Positions 1-11,473 of a DNA stretch of 64,000 nt are shown one piece after another. Under the pieces are notes generated by a model. That model did no database searches and had not been told where the DNA came from. It saw only the letters and a program-made list of their open reading frames with translations. The number at the start of each line of letters is the position of its first letter. Position 1 is the stretch's first letter. The stretch is from NCBI GenBank assembly GCA_965644495.1, contig CBFFSA010000011.1:372001-436000 (forward strand), written 5' to 3'. Source of the DNA: Perkinsela sp. CCAP 1560/9 (lineage: Eukaryota > Protista > Euglenozoa: Kinetoplastea). A program made the translations under genes and the position numbers.

Positions 1-2
1 TA

Positions 3-281
3 GAATCGTCATGCATAGAAAACGGGCGAACGAGGTTTCTTTCGATCCGTACTGCTCTCTCGGAAACAACAGAAGTGTACAAGCGGGTTACTATGGCGCT
101 CTCTTCGGCATACCGATCTCTGAAGCTAGGCGACGAGAACAAAGATTTAAATCCTGCATCTACATACCAAGATGTCCTAAAACCAGGTGAAATAAATGGC
201 GTTCCTTTAGAAATCACAGATGAATACGGGTTAGATGTCTTCTCTCTGCCATCCGGCCTACGTTTGTTCTTTGAAATATAG
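3..281 (+). CDS. 3' end of a hypothetical protein that starts upstream of the window
   Basis: Frame open from position 3 to the TAG at 279-281; same strand as all host genes. Confidence 0.45.
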   Translation, partial: ESSCIENGRTRFLSIRTALSETTEVYKRVTMALSSAYRSLKLGDENKDLNPASTYQDVLKPGEINGVPLEITDEYGLDVFSLPSGLRLFFEI

Positions 282-359
282 AAGTGACAACATAGAAGTG
301 GCAAAGAACAGTATAAGGTAAGAGTCCACATCTCTTTGATTTTTTTCAAGATTTATTCA

Positions 360-860
360 AGGCGAAAAAAACGTTGACTGGCGTGTACCTTCTATTCGGC
401 CACGCTCCAAATCACCGTATCGTTTCCGATCGTTTACAATGCTGGACCACATTTCTATGTCTGTATAATCAGGAATACTGGTACGAGTGGTTCCACTACG
501 ACGGCGTTGTACACGAATTCTCCCCCGACGGAGACAACCCTCCAAATTTTGACCCTTGTTCCGACTAATAAAACCGTAAATCGCCTTTCGGGAAATGCTC
601 ACACCTTCTTTGCGTAAAGTAACAGATGATACATGTTGAGGGTTAAAGCGCCTACGTAGAAGAGACACCTAACTCTCTTTGATGTCCCCTTGAATTTTTA
701 TTTGCGCGGGATTCCGTTTACTTGTCGACTGGTTCGCTGCTTGTTCGCCCTGCTTGGCGTTGTGCGCACCATCTCGATCTCCGCGTGGCAGTTCTCGACT
801 TACAAACGACCGATTTATTTTTCCCTTTCGCGTAATTTGCACCTCGGTAAAGTCTTCTTT
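360..860 (-). pseudogene. IS30-family transposase remnant (N-terminal HTH region up to the first catalytic Asp region)
   Basis: One minus-strand frame reads ...SFVSRELPR...KES*VSLLRRRFNPQHVS...VSISRKAIYGFI...LRRGR...IPDYTDIEMWSSIVNDRKRYGDLERGRIEG. This matches IS30 motifs STISRELKRN, WSPEQI, IS.ETIY and IP....I..RP..V.DR...G.WE.D.I.G in order. In-frame TAG at 669-671. Confidence 0.75.
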
Positions 861-1076
861 GTATCGAATCTTAGTATCGAATCTCGATAAATTTTAAATA
901 AGCTTTTTTTGTAATTGACGCGTGAAAGAATGGCAGAATGTCTTTTATCACATTACATTACGCATTACCAGGATACGTGGTACTCTTCAATATCAAAATT
1001 TTACGCTTTATAAAGGTACGGGTGTTATTAACAAAATTGATTCCGTTGTCATAGTTTTTCTTATATTTATGTCAAT

Positions 1077-3071
1077 ATGTATGTGCGAAAAAAGCACACG
1101 AAACAGAAACGGATGCTACTGCGATCCTTATACAACTTTTCTTCTCTCACACCTTTTTTACAAAGGCACCGCAAAGTAGTTGTACAACTTCCCGAAGACC
1201 TTCTGCCCTATGCCCTCCTAATTCAAGAACTAATTAAAGAAGAGTGGAACCATAGTCCTCAGAACGAAACTCTCTGTGCTAAAGCTGAGTCGTTAGGAGC
1301 ATGTGGCATGACATGTGCTTGCACTCCTAACATGGACGAACAGGGTGTCGCACTAAATACACTGGACGAACTAGCTTGTCCAAAGCCGAATGTTACCTGT
1401 ATCACCGAGAAGAAATCTTCCTGTGATCAAGGAAAATACGGAGCGCCGTCTATTGCGATTATGGCAGACACAACATTTACCTCATGTTGTCCCGATGAGG
1501 TATCCGCTGAACACCTTCCCGGGGTTGATGGAATTGTACACTTTGGAATGGATTGCGGGATTAAAACTTCCCGAATACCCATCCAGTATTGCAGACGAAG
1601 CTTCTCGTCTACGTTTCTTGCAAAATGGGAAAGCGTTTTAGAAAACGAGCTGAAGTCTGTATTTCATACTTTAGAGAGCTCTGAACAAACATCTGGGGAT
1701 TTCATTTCGAACGCAAAGGATGGCATAGCATCATTACGTATTTTGAGTATTGTTCTTGCTGCGGAGGCATATGAGCTCCTACCTATTATACGAACCGTAG
1801 CCAACCAACTTGCGGATGAGGCCAAACAACTCGGATGGGAATTCATTGTCGGTTCTACCACTACAAATGAAACGACCCCAGAGGGTTTCGATACAATACG
1901 CCTGGGCGCACTTCAGATCCCTCTGAAGGCCTCGGTCTATTTCCTTGTCGATCCTACGCTATCCGATGGTTCCCACGTGGGTGCTCTCCACGGGGCTTCC
2001 GAGCGTGCAACGATCTCCAATCCCGAATCCCACCCGCTCTTTTTTCTTACCGGATTGCTCGCCACACACTACGGCGTCCCTCTCCACATCTCCTCGGTTC
2101 GTTTTCCTTCACACGTAAAGGACGAAGCCCGATCGGAGTCGTTCGTCTCTTCCCCTACGGTGCCCAGCAATGACGGAGTAAAAAGTCTACTCCCTATTGA
2201 TGAATTACACAACACCACCGCGAAAATGAATCGTTCAAAACTATGGGCTTCACACGAAGAGCGTGTTGCTGTAAAATCAGCACGATCCAGCGATGCAGAA
2301 TTGGACCCCTGCCGACGTCGTGCGACCCAATCTGTCTATCTGCGTGCGAAACTGCGGTCCTCGCTTGCGGTAGGGATTGTGGTCCATACCCTCAGTGCGG
2401 TCGGGTCGAATCTTTTAATCCGCTACTTGTATGATGTGTTAAAACGAGCAGGCAAGCGCCCGTACGTGTTGTATACGGGACGTCTTAATGTGCCGAAACT
2501 GGCCAATTTTACCGCCGATTTAGATCTCTGTGTGCTGGTGGGGTGTGCGTACCACGGCGTAATGAGCTGTTCACAATCCAGGGAGTATCCGATACCTGTT
2601 CTCACCCCGATGGAGGTGTGGACGGGATTGTTTGTGGATAACTACCCGGAATTAAACGTTTGTATGGGAAGTGAGGTAGATCCTGCGTTCCTGTCCCGCA
2701 CAAACGATGTTTCGCCCCTTTTTGAATCCTCCCCTGTGCCCACACTTCCACTGATTCCCCATGCGCTGCGTTGGTTTCGACACGCCTATGAAAAGCTGGG
2801 CATGTCAAAGCCAGAGGAAGACACATCGAATGTGGTAACAGGAGGAAACTGTTCGTCACAAAATACCCTTTCGCGAGGGATTAAGTCTTCCGCACTAACA
2901 GTGGCCCCTGCACTCTCACTTTCGACAATAACACGTTGGCACTCGCGCAGCTACAAGGGGTTAGACCCACAAGTGGGGCAGACGCCTGTACAGACAGAGA
3001 TTTCAGAGGGCATGAGTGGGATACCCAGCGTTTACGACCATGAGAAGAGCGAGGAAACAGCATTGCAGTAA
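1077..3071 (+). CDS. DPH2: Diphthamide biosynthesis protein 2
   Basis: Motifs VVVQLPEDLL, ADTTFTSCCPDEVSAEH, IVHFG, GRLNVPKLANF, PVLTPME, and C-terminal RSYKGL...EGMSGIPSVY. Confidence 0.88.
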   Translation: MYVRKKHTKQKRMLLRSLYNFSSLTPFLQRHRKVVVQLPEDLLPYALLIQELIKEEWNHSPQNETLCAKAESLGACGMTCACTPNMDEQGVALNTLDELACPKPNVTCITEKKSSCDQGKYGAPSIAIMADTTFTSCCPDEVSAEHLPGVDGIVHFGMDCGIKTSRIPIQYCRRSFSSTFLAKWESVLENELKSVFHTLESSEQTSGDFISNAKDGIASLRILSIVLAAEAYELLPIIRTVANQLADEAKQLGWEFIVGSTTTNETTPEGFDTIRLGALQIPLKASVYFLVDPTLSDGSHVGALHGASERATISNPESHPLFFLTGLLATHYGVPLHISSVRFPSHVKDEARSESFVSSPTVPSNDGVKSLLPIDELHNTTAKMNRSKLWASHEERVAVKSARSSDAELDPCRRRATQSVYLRAKLRSSLAVGIVVHTLSAVGSNLLIRYLYDVLKRAGKRPYVLYTGRLNVPKLANFTADLDLCVLVGCAYHGVMSCSQSREYPIPVLTPMEVWTGLFVDNYPELNVCMGSEVDPAFLSRTNDVSPLFESSPVPTLPLIPHALRWFRHAYEKLGMSKPEEDTSNVVTGGNCSSQNTLSRGIKSSALTVAPALSLSTITRWHSRSYKGLDPQVGQTPVQTEISEGMSGIPSVYDHEKSEETALQ

Positions 3072-3347
3072 GCTGAAAGAAGACGTACGTACTGTACGCA
3101 CTGTATGTAAGATGCCAAAAGATTATTGTTATAAGAAAATAACACGAAAGCCGAAATACTTATATTTGATATTTGGGCCGCAGTTTTGTACACTTTTGCG
3201 AAATTTATAGCGCCATCTTTAGTATTTCATCGCTCTCCTGCTTCATTTGCCTCTCTAAGCGTAGTCACCTTTCGTCCACTCTCGACCATTCACCTCTCCT
3301 TATCATTTCCAAATCTACCCTCAACGAACCCCACCAAAAAAAAGAAC

Positions 3348-4817
3348 ATGTCGCCCCCCACCCCTACCCTCTTAACTGAAATCCAACACGGACACGATGC
3401 CGGGATTAGCTATGTGAAGTTCGTCTCTCTGCGCCCCAACGCACCTCTTTCCTATGACGCTCTACTCGTCACCTCTCTTGATGGCACGGTGTCAATATGG
3501 GAACGCGGTCCCGCTGCTTCAGCCTCTGGGCGGTCTTCCCATAAAAACATGCCTTCTTTTTCCTGTCTCACACGATGGGGAGCGCCCTCGGAGGGTTTAG
3601 GCCCTTCTCATGAGGAACAGGAGCGCAGTATGATTAACTGTGCGTGTTGGTTAACCCCGACAGTATGGTCTCCAGGTTCCCTCCTGCTGGGATGGGAGAC
3701 CGGGGCGATTTCTCAAATCGTTTTTACCGGAACGACCCTTTCAGAAATCTCAAAAAAGATTTTGTGGCATTCCCCTGAAGATGGAGGGGTGAATGCGATC
3801 ACAAAGGTATTGGATCTCAACGCGTGGTTCAATCCTAATCCTCGAGATGAAAATCCGGATCCTCGAATCAGGGATTGGTGTTGTTTCGGTACCGAGAACG
3901 GGCGGGTGGGGATTTTAGATCCCCGCAGACCGCACGCGTTGCTCGCCTCGATTCAACTTGCATCGGACATTACCTCACTTTGTGTGATGCCGCTTAACGA
4001 GAAGATGAGAGAAAAACAGGAAGACCAAAGGTTTGAATTTTCACAAACGGGTCTCTTGTTTGTGGGAGAGGGCTCGGGGACGTTGTCTTGTTGGGCTTCA
4101 CCCCTTCTGAGTGGGAATGATCTTAAAAAAGAAAGAGGGGAGCCGAGGGAGGTGGTTGGCTCCGATGGAATTGAGCTGAAACAAGTGAAGCTACACACGG
4201 ACGAGACGGAGTACGGTATTGGGATCAATGGAATGGTAGGTTTGCCTGTTGAAGCGTGGGATGAAAAATTAAGCTGTGTAGAAACAAAGGAACGCCATAC
4301 ACAGGGTGGATTTAGGAGTCCTCTAGCAGGCAGTGTGGCTCGACTGCTGCTGTATTATGGTACTTCATGTGAAATTCGGGAGCTTCGTAAGATGGATCCT
4401 CTAAAAATTGGACTGGAGTGTGATGATGCTTCAATGGCAGATTTTGGCCTTGAATTACGTTCCACCGATGCTCGGCTATGTAGTGCACATGATGCATCGA
4501 GAGTACATAGCGACTACGTACGTTCCTGTGTCCGTGTAAACGATTCTAAAGGGTGTTGCTTGCTAACTTCTGGCGATGATGGGCGAATCTCTGCATGGTC
4601 GTACTCTACGAAATCTATGAGATCTTTTTACAAAGATGTCTGTAACGAAACTTGGCCATTGTTTGAATTAGCGGCTGATCAGGATCCCATAATGACTATC
4701 GATGCCATAGTCAACACACCCACGCATGAACGTCGGGAAGGAAATAACTCTGAAGCAATTGTTTTTGTCAGTGGTTCAGAGGGTCCCTTTCTACGAGTGT
4801 GGGAGTGGCCTTCATAG
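3348..4817 (+). CDS. WD40-repeat protein
   Basis: GH...LLVTSLDGTVSIWE, HSDYVRSC...LLTSGDDGRISAWS, FVSGSEGPFLRVWE; ATG at 3348 follows a polypyrimidine tract. Confidence 0.75.
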   Translation: MSPPTPTLLTEIQHGHDAGISYVKFVSLRPNAPLSYDALLVTSLDGTVSIWERGPAASASGRSSHKNMPSFSCLTRWGAPSEGLGPSHEEQERSMINCACWLTPTVWSPGSLLLGWETGAISQIVFTGTTLSEISKKILWHSPEDGGVNAITKVLDLNAWFNPNPRDENPDPRIRDWCCFGTENGRVGILDPRRPHALLASIQLASDITSLCVMPLNEKMREKQEDQRFEFSQTGLLFVGEGSGTLSCWASPLLSGNDLKKERGEPREVVGSDGIELKQVKLHTDETEYGIGINGMVGLPVEAWDEKLSCVETKERHTQGGFRSPLAGSVARLLLYYGTSCEIRELRKMDPLKIGLECDDASMADFGLELRSTDARLCSAHDASRVHSDYVRSCVRVNDSKGCCLLTSGDDGRISAWSYSTKSMRSFYKDVCNETWPLFELAADQDPIMTIDAIVNTPTHERREGNNSEAIVFVSGSEGPFLRVWEWPS

Positions 4818-5023
4818 GTAAAACAACAAAACGACGACTAGGATAGTACTCTGCTGAAAATTTTCCTCAGTGCATTCTTTAAACACACCTTTAATTAAAA
4901 CTCCCTTTCTTTTACCAAAACGGTGTTTTTTTAAAAACCTTTTTTATATCATCTACAACCATCTTATTTTTTTGGTCTTTTGAAGTATCTTGCCACAAAC
5001 TTTATTTCCCCGAAACTTTTTCA

Positions 5024-5392
5024 ATGCTGTGGTCGGTAGTGCAATCAGTCTTCGGTTGGTACGATGTGGCGAATGGGAACCCAAAAGAGATTCCTGTAAA
5101 TTACGTCTTCTCCAACGGATATCACAGTTCTCAGCCCATAGCTGTTTCGAATACTGTCCCGACACAACTTCGTACCTTTCCACGAACTCCCAGTCTTGCG
5201 CGTTCTTCGTCGCTCTTTACACTTGAACGACAACCTTCTACGGGACTCTTGCATTCACCCCTCCCTCTGGCACCCGGGGAGAGTTACCTGACCCCCCACC
5301 GTTACTTGTGGTTTTGTTATGGATCATACGTGCTGCTTTCGCTTTTTGCAATGCTTTTCATTGCATTTGTGCGGAACTTGTTTTTTGGATAA
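5024..5392 (+). CDS. Small hypothetical protein with a C-terminal hydrophobic (putative TM) segment
   Basis: 122-aa ATG ORF on the coding strand with hydrophobic tail YVLLSLFAMLFIAFV. Confidence 0.4.
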   Translation: MLWSVVQSVFGWYDVANGNPKEIPVNYVFSNGYHSSQPIAVSNTVPTQLRTFPRTPSLARSSSLFTLERQPSTGLLHSPLPLAPGESYLTPHRYLWFCYGSYVLLSLFAMLFIAFVRNLFFG

Positions 5393-5574
5393 GGGACGCC
5401 TTGGGTTATCATTCAGAAACCTTTGTTACTTAAATCCTTCGGTGGCTTCACAGGGATTTTATTGGAGCGAAGGAGAAGCGCATTTTTCGTAATAAAGATG
5501 TATATGATACGACTATATATATTGTACGTATACGGGCTATAAAACCTTTTCTCATTTCCGTTTTTCGATATCCA

Positions 5575-5902
5575 AAACTCATTCTTCCTCCGGATGGTCA
5601 CTGGCAAACCAAACGCTTCACAGACAGATTTGGAAGTTTCGAGACGGACGTCCTCTACCAGTTTCCGCTTGTCCAAGTCGGCACAACGCGTTGTTTCCAA
5701 CCTCTGGGTCGACCAATCTTACGTCATCACGGCTTACCCAAGAGGTGTAAGCCGTGCAAGGGAGCTGGTTCCCTAAGGGGGGTCGGTCTTCCGAGTACTG
5801 GCCAAGACGGATCTCGACCCAGCCTCTTAGAGTGAGGCCACCAGGTATTATGCGGGAGGCGAGAGTCGAGGTTGCCGTCTGCTTCAAGTTCTTGCCCACT
5901 TA
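5575..5902 (-). repeat. SINE-like dispersed repeat, copy 1 (5'-truncated)
   Basis: Reverse complement aligns over about 300 bp with 45800-46155 (e.g. GGCCTCACTCTAA, GGGAACCAGCTCCCTT, CCTCTTGGGTAAGCCGTG, CAAGCGGAAACTGGTAGAGGACGTC, CTTCCAAATCTGTCTGTGAAG, TTGCCAGTGACCATCCGGAG). Confidence 0.8.
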
Positions 5903-5905
5903 CTT

Positions 5906-6030
5906 GAGGGGCCGCGGGTGGGGGTCAAAACGAGATCATGATACACGAAAAAGACCGAATAATAACCACTCACGCGCGAAATACTTTTTTATGTAGTCGT
6001 GAAATCACGCGAGATCATACTTAATCAAGA
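5906..6030. mobile_element. Partial copy of the GAGGGG(C/T)-terminated MITE family seen at 19049
   Basis: Starts GAGGGGCCGCGGGT and contains CGAGATCA(T/C) subterminal repeats like 19049-19116. Confidence 0.5.
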
Positions 6031-6123
6031 GCTGACGTGAATGAAAGTACTATGAAAGTAATATGTAGACGCGTCCTTGATCTCACAAAATTGTTTCAGA
6101 ATATTACATTGTAACTGCTTCAA

Positions 6124-7014
6124 TTGTATCTAGCAGACTTTGACTGGTTTCGCTTCCTCTTTGTCCATTCGATGCACTTAATCCCCACTCCAGATATTCC
6201 ACGTGTGGTACGCGCGGGTAAGGTACGTGGAAATCTTGCTCAGGAATATCAACTGGAACGATGTGTACATAATCTTACACAGCGGCACCAGTCCTGGACT
6301 TCAGAGACCCCTGCTTGTATGTGGTACGGTGTGAGTTGTCGCCACGGGGATGTTTATGTTATTGAATGGAATCATGAAAAACTACGAGGCATACTTGACT
6401 TCTCGGCCTTACCTGTCTCCGCTGTGGGTTTCCAGTGTAAAGAAAATCATCTTACGGGTCCCCTTTCCCTCGTTGAATTTCCTCCTTCTCTTTTAGAACT
6501 TAACGTTGCCGTTAATCAGCTCTCAGGTGGTTTAGACATGGGAGAACTTTGGTCAAAGATTACATTCTTTGAGGCGCAGGTAAATACAATGTCGGGACTG
6601 TTGGATTTTACACAAATACCTCCCGATTTGTGGGAAATGCGTCTTGCATGGAATGGATTCTATGGTAATTTAGATTTCACAACTTATCGGATACCGCGAA
6701 ATCTGAGAGTTTTGGATCTTTCACAGAATAAATTTCGTGGCACGCTTTGCTTGAAAGGCTTATGGGCGCCCGATCTTCAATTATCAGTGCAGGGCAATTC
6801 CTTGATTAAACATTTTGATGTCAGACAAGTGAATATCGCTCTGCTTACCGTAGACAGAAAAATGAAGTTGCTTGATGTCCCCCGCTTCTCACCAGTAGTT
6901 ATAAAGTACGTCCCCCGCAGTAAATCACGACCGACTTCAAGATCTATATCTACTGATCCTCATGGCCTGTCAAAACGAACGTGCATGTCAGTTGCATGTC
7001 TACTCTATGTATGA
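6124..7014 (+). CDS. Leucine-rich repeat protein (LRRNT cap plus LxxNxLxGxLDLxxLP repeats)
   Basis: W..ETPACMWYGVSC cap; repeats such as LDLSQNKFRG; close paralogue of 8429-9280; the real start may be a downstream ATG. Confidence 0.8.
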   Translation: MYLADFDWFRFLFVHSMHLIPTPDIPRVVRAGKVRGNLAQEYQLERCVHNLTQRHQSWTSETPACMWYGVSCRHGDVYVIEWNHEKLRGILDFSALPVSAVGFQCKENHLTGPLSLVEFPPSLLELNVAVNQLSGGLDMGELWSKITFFEAQVNTMSGLLDFTQIPPDLWEMRLAWNGFYGNLDFTTYRIPRNLRVLDLSQNKFRGTLCLKGLWAPDLQLSVQGNSLIKHFDVRQVNIALLTVDRKMKLLDVPRFSPVVIKYVPRSKSRPTSRSISTDPHGLSKRTCMSVACLLYV

Positions 7015-7511
7015 GGTAACCCATCACAAACACCCATCACGAACCCCACACTCATGATCGGCCGTTTCAGGTCCACTGGGCGGTTGGTTCAGTGTGGTGT
7101 CTCCAACTTCGAAAATAGGTTCCCCAGTAACCAGCCGTCCTTCCCCGCACATGCTAAATTTTTACCCAAACACACAGCAGCAATGTAGAGTTCCATAAAG
7201 TTAGCTATTAGTATACAAGCGGTCCGAAGCATTTTTCATTTAATTAAGTATATTATAGTACAGTGTAAGCTTAGTATGTATTGAAATGAAGTAATTGTAT
7301 ACATTGCGTAGTTCGGTACATTGTATACCCCATCTAGGGGGATGTACCCCCTAGTTATGTTAGCAGTTAGATAATTGTTGTAAATGCATGTGCCTGATTG
7401 CAAATTTAATTCTAATTTCCTTGCATGTGATTACGTAAATGGATTCTTCAAAATCCATTTTAACTATTTGAGTTTTTAGGTGCACCCGTCGACCCTTATC
7501 CAATACAATAA

Positions 7512-8165
7512 ATGTGTTACATTTTCTTCAATACAGCAGACTCATCAGTTCGATCAGGAAAGGTGCGAAGAGCTCTTTTACCTCAGGAGTTCACTCTCGC
7601 GCAGCTCGTACAGGATATCACCACCTCCGAAGCGTCCTGGACTACTTCCACTCCTGCATGTGAATGGTCGTACGTGAAGTGTAATGCTGAAAAGGAAGTA
7701 ACTAGTTTGCCATGGTGCTTCAGTTTGTTTGCATCAGATTGTCCCACACTACAAGGAAAACTATCTTGGAAATACTTACCACGTACCTTGTTGTTTCTTG
7801 ATGCTTCTTCGCAGTCTTTGAGAGGGCCCGTGGATCTTTCTGTTCTACCTCCGGAACTACAAGATTTCCACATTAGTATGAATGAGTGTAGCGGATCACT
7901 GGATTTAACGCGCTTGCCCCCTACTCTTAAATCCCTATATCTCGATGATAATAGATTCAAAGGTGAAATTGATCTCACGTGTCTTCCGTTGTCGATACGC
8001 GAAATCTCCTTGTGCTACAATGAGCTATGCGGTGAGCCGGACGTCACGAAGCTTCCGGAACATGTATTCGAAGTTGACCTTTCTCACAACCACTTTACAT
8101 GGCATGGAGACGTACCATCAATAGTTATTATTTGGGATGAAGAGGAGACAAAAGCAATCGATTAG
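7512..8165 (+). CDS. Leucine-rich repeat protein
   Basis: TPACEWSYVKC cap; LYLDDNRFKGEIDLTCLP repeats. Confidence 0.85.
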   Translation: MCYIFFNTADSSVRSGKVRRALLPQEFTLAQLVQDITTSEASWTTSTPACEWSYVKCNAEKEVTSLPWCFSLFASDCPTLQGKLSWKYLPRTLLFLDASSQSLRGPVDLSVLPPELQDFHISMNECSGSLDLTRLPPTLKSLYLDDNRFKGEIDLTCLPLSIREISLCYNELCGEPDVTKLPEHVFEVDLSHNHFTWHGDVPSIVIIWDEEETKAID

Positions 8166-8428
8166 GTGACGGTAAAGCACTTGTAGATTTTTGAAGTTTT
8201 GCTATAAAAACGGCCTTTTCAGTTTTGCCGACACATTAGTATCAATGCAATGTCTACCATTCTGTACTATACATTATAAAAGGCTACATACGTTTCTCCC
8301 ATTCAGCCGGTCATTAATCTAATCAGATCAAATTGATTCAATCGTTCTGAAATGCATTTTTCTGTCCCGAGGACCAGTGGCGCACTTCCGCCGCGATTGA
8401 CACAAGCAGACAATACTTTGCAACAAAA

Positions 8429-9280
8429 ATGACGAAAACTGATAAAAGAGGCGTTGAATTTCTCAGTATGGAAAACGTTTTTCAAACACAAGTACGAAAA
8501 AACCAATTTCCTTTTTTTTTTGTTTCTTTGCTTTGCTTGCACATGTATCTGACGTCTGCAGCTGATATTCCACGTGCAGTACGCGCGGGTAAGGTACGTG
8601 GAAATTTGGGTCAGGAATATCAACTTGAACGATTTGTACATAATCTGACACAGCGACATCCATCATGGACCTCAGAGACTCCCGCGTGTAAGTGGTACGG
8701 AGTCAGTTGTCGAGACCAAGAAGTATTTTCGATTGATTGGGAAAAAGAAAAATTACGTGGTAGTTTTGAGTTTTCGGGTTTGCCTCCGAGTACAGCACGA
8801 TTTTTGTGTTCTAAAAATCGTGTCTTTGGTTTTTTGCCACTTCTTGAATTTCCTTCCTCTCTCTTGCGAGTTGTCGTTGCGGCGAACCAGTTTTCGGGCC
8901 CCTTAAATTTGAATGACTTGTGGTCCACAGTTATTTATTTTGAGGCACACGTAAATGTGCTTTCTGGAGCTCTAGACTTTTCTACGCTCCCACTTGATTT
9001 GCGGGAATTGCGTTTAGCTAAGAATAACTTTGACGGCGAGCTCCACCTGGTGACAGGACGCGTGTTACAAAATTTGCAAGTTCTTGACCTCTCTTATAAC
9101 TCATTCAATGGTGCGCTTCGTTTAAATGGACTGTGGGCGCCTGCTTTGCAACTTTCACTACAAGGGAATCATTTTATTGCTGCACAGGAACTTCGTAATG
9201 TTTCACTTTCCCGTTTGAAGGTAAGTAATTCGCTAAGAAATCTCGTACGATACTCTTCCATGCCCGTAGAATACGAATAG
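8429..9280 (+). CDS. Leucine-rich repeat protein
   Basis: Paralogue of 6124-7014; LDLSYNSFNG, LRLAKNNFDG. Confidence 0.8.
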   Translation: MTKTDKRGVEFLSMENVFQTQVRKNQFPFFFVSLLCLHMYLTSAADIPRAVRAGKVRGNLGQEYQLERFVHNLTQRHPSWTSETPACKWYGVSCRDQEVFSIDWEKEKLRGSFEFSGLPPSTARFLCSKNRVFGFLPLLEFPSSLLRVVVAANQFSGPLNLNDLWSTVIYFEAHVNVLSGALDFSTLPLDLRELRLAKNNFDGELHLVTGRVLQNLQVLDLSYNSFNGALRLNGLWAPALQLSLQGNHFIAAQELRNVSLSRLKVSNSLRNLVRYSSMPVEYE

Positions 9281-9846
9281 GAGTTCGTATAGTTTGCGTG
9301 TACAGTATTAGTAAATTTGGTTAGACTGAAGCAATGTGAATACAATGTCTTGTAAAAATTATAATCGTCTTTATAATCGTTTTGTAATCTTTATAATCGT
9401 TCCTCTAGTTTTGCCTAGTTTTTGGACCCAGAGAGCACAAAGTTGTGTCTTTTTGTGTACCAACCTTTTTCTGTCCACCGTCTTCCATGATCAGTTTGAA
9501 TTGCATTTTTTCATTTCTCTTAATATTTTCACTGTTTTTGTTCACTTTTTTTGCAATAATCGAGGGTAGAGCAGTAGTTATACAACAACTGCAATGCATA
9601 AGGCATATTGATAATGCATAAGGATTGCCTTTTACACAGCCTCACGTAGACCATTCTGATCCTCGGGCTCAAAAAAATATCAGCCTTAAAAATACCTGAT
9701 TTCCTCTAGTTATAAAAACGAATGATTTTCTCCTATGGAAAACACTGCGATCAAAGTACTTTCTCACGAGAACGAGAACTCACGAATGTATCAAAATTAA
9801 GCAAAACCGAATAAAAGTTTAATCTTTAGAATTACATGACGCAGAC

Positions 9847-11473
9847 TGAGGGAGTTGCTATGCCCTGTCCATGGTATCGTGTTCAGGGGAACAGCAATCC
9901 CCCATTATCTCGGCGTAGTAAACACGCCTTGGCTTGCCTGGCACCACGATTGCCGAAAAAAAAAATTCGGTTCATTTCGCAGCCCAGTTGCTTCCCACTT
10001 AAGGGGCCCGCTCCCACAACCGAGTGATCTCCCCGGCAGCACGGTTTTACCCATGCGTCGAGAAGGCTGGGGTGTGAGACCAGGGTGCATTAGTAGAAAA
10101 TTTTCGGAAGAAGAAATACGGAGATTTTACTGCATAATGGCGTAGAAAACTTTGAGTGCAATAGAACAAAGGGTTGGCGTAAACCTTTGGTTAACGTTTT
10201 TTCTTTTGGGGGGATTTACTTTCTTTGCCATTCCTCATGCTATCAACTCATAAATTTTACCAATTACTCTAGATTCGTATATTTGTTTCCTCCAGTTACG
10301 CTTTCCATAATTCTTACATAGGGTCTACATGTACATCGCCAGCTCTTAGAGCTGAGTTCAGGAGTGCTTCTTTTCTGTCATATTTATGCTCTTCTCGAGT
10401 CAACCCGTCCGCTGGGTTTTCTTTAGATTTAATATGGAAAATTCGAAAAGAATGTCCATGTTTCCCTATCTGTTCATCCATTTCCGTGATCTCATTACAC
10501 ATCGATCTCGTAACTGATGTACGCCCCGATTCTGATGGTATTTCACTCTGGTGAAACCAGTGTCACATATCAGCGGATAAAAAGTTTACGTTGGGGAAAT
10601 TCTCTATTACATGGATAATTTCAGCGATAGCTGGAAAATTCAAGCAAGGAGGGCGATTGCACATCTCATTTGGTGGTGTTCCATCCGCAATACTTCTTGA
10701 CAATTCCTCCGCTTTTGGTACCTCAAAGTAACGTAAATATAAACGTGATGATGATGATCGAGAGTCGTGTGCCACACGTAGCACCCCGCATTCCACGAGT
10801 TCTAATAAATGTTGTAACCAAACCCCGGAGGATAGTTTCCTTATTTTCCCGTGAAAAGGGGGACAATTTATCTATTCAATAAAATTTTGGGTACTTTTCA
10901 ATGCCGTGCAACATTTGATACCCCATGGTAAACCATGTTTTAGGTGTGTTGATGTAAAGAAACCAAGTTGTTCCTTCAGTATTTATGATGAATCTTCGTT
11001 AACAAAGAATTCGGGTATAAATGCATCAAGCAAAGCAACCGTTGCTTTTTTTTCTAGTTCTCTTTTTTTTACTCCACCGAATAAGCACTAACGCGTTCAC
11101 TATCGTCGGTCTGAATTTCTGATTCAATATTCCTACCAGGCGAGATATCCTGAAAAGCCGTATTCCGAGCGTCAACCCGAGACGTCCGGTGTGTGCCTCG
11201 ATACTTCCATATGGGAGGATCTATAACGCACGAACAATACTCCCCCCCCCCCTTTGTTTTCTCTCCCCCGAACACTCCATATTTTTCAACTTCAAATCTT
11301 CTTAGGGGGGAGGACTCCCGTTAACATGCCTCAAGTGAGGATTAAGGAACTATTTCTTTTTTTTCGGCAATCGTAGTGCCAGGCAAGCCAAGGCGTGTTT
11401 ACTACGCCGAGATAATGGGGAGTTGCTGTTCCCCTGAACATGATACCATGGACAGGGCATAGCAACTCCCTCA
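9847..11473 (-). mobile_element. Internally deleted retroelement (DIRS/VIPER-like RT-RNase H) bounded by about 118-bp inverted terminal repeats
   Basis: 9847-9965 is the near-perfect reverse complement of 11355-11473; the interior carries RT and RNase H fragments on the minus strand. Confidence 0.75.
10314..10815 (-). pseudogene. Reverse transcriptase N-terminal motifs fused by deletion to an RNase H C-terminus
   Basis: One frame reads LLELVECGVL...YFEVPKAEELSRSIADG...N...FLSADM*HWFHQ..IP (RT F.VPK..R.I.D..N and D...F.Q motifs), then HIKSKENPADGLTR (RNase H end motif). The YxDD region is missing. Confidence 0.78.

Noticed and set aside
3348-4817. WD40 protein as DPH7, clustered with DPH2
   Set aside because: No DPH7-specific motif recognised, and kinetoplastid gene clusters are not functional operons.
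9975-10085. Pr77/HDV-like ribozyme on the minus strand (CCCTGGT...GCCGGGG...GGAAGC)
   Set aside because: A P1-like pairing exists, but P3/L3, P1.1 and J4/2 do not fit the HDV fold.
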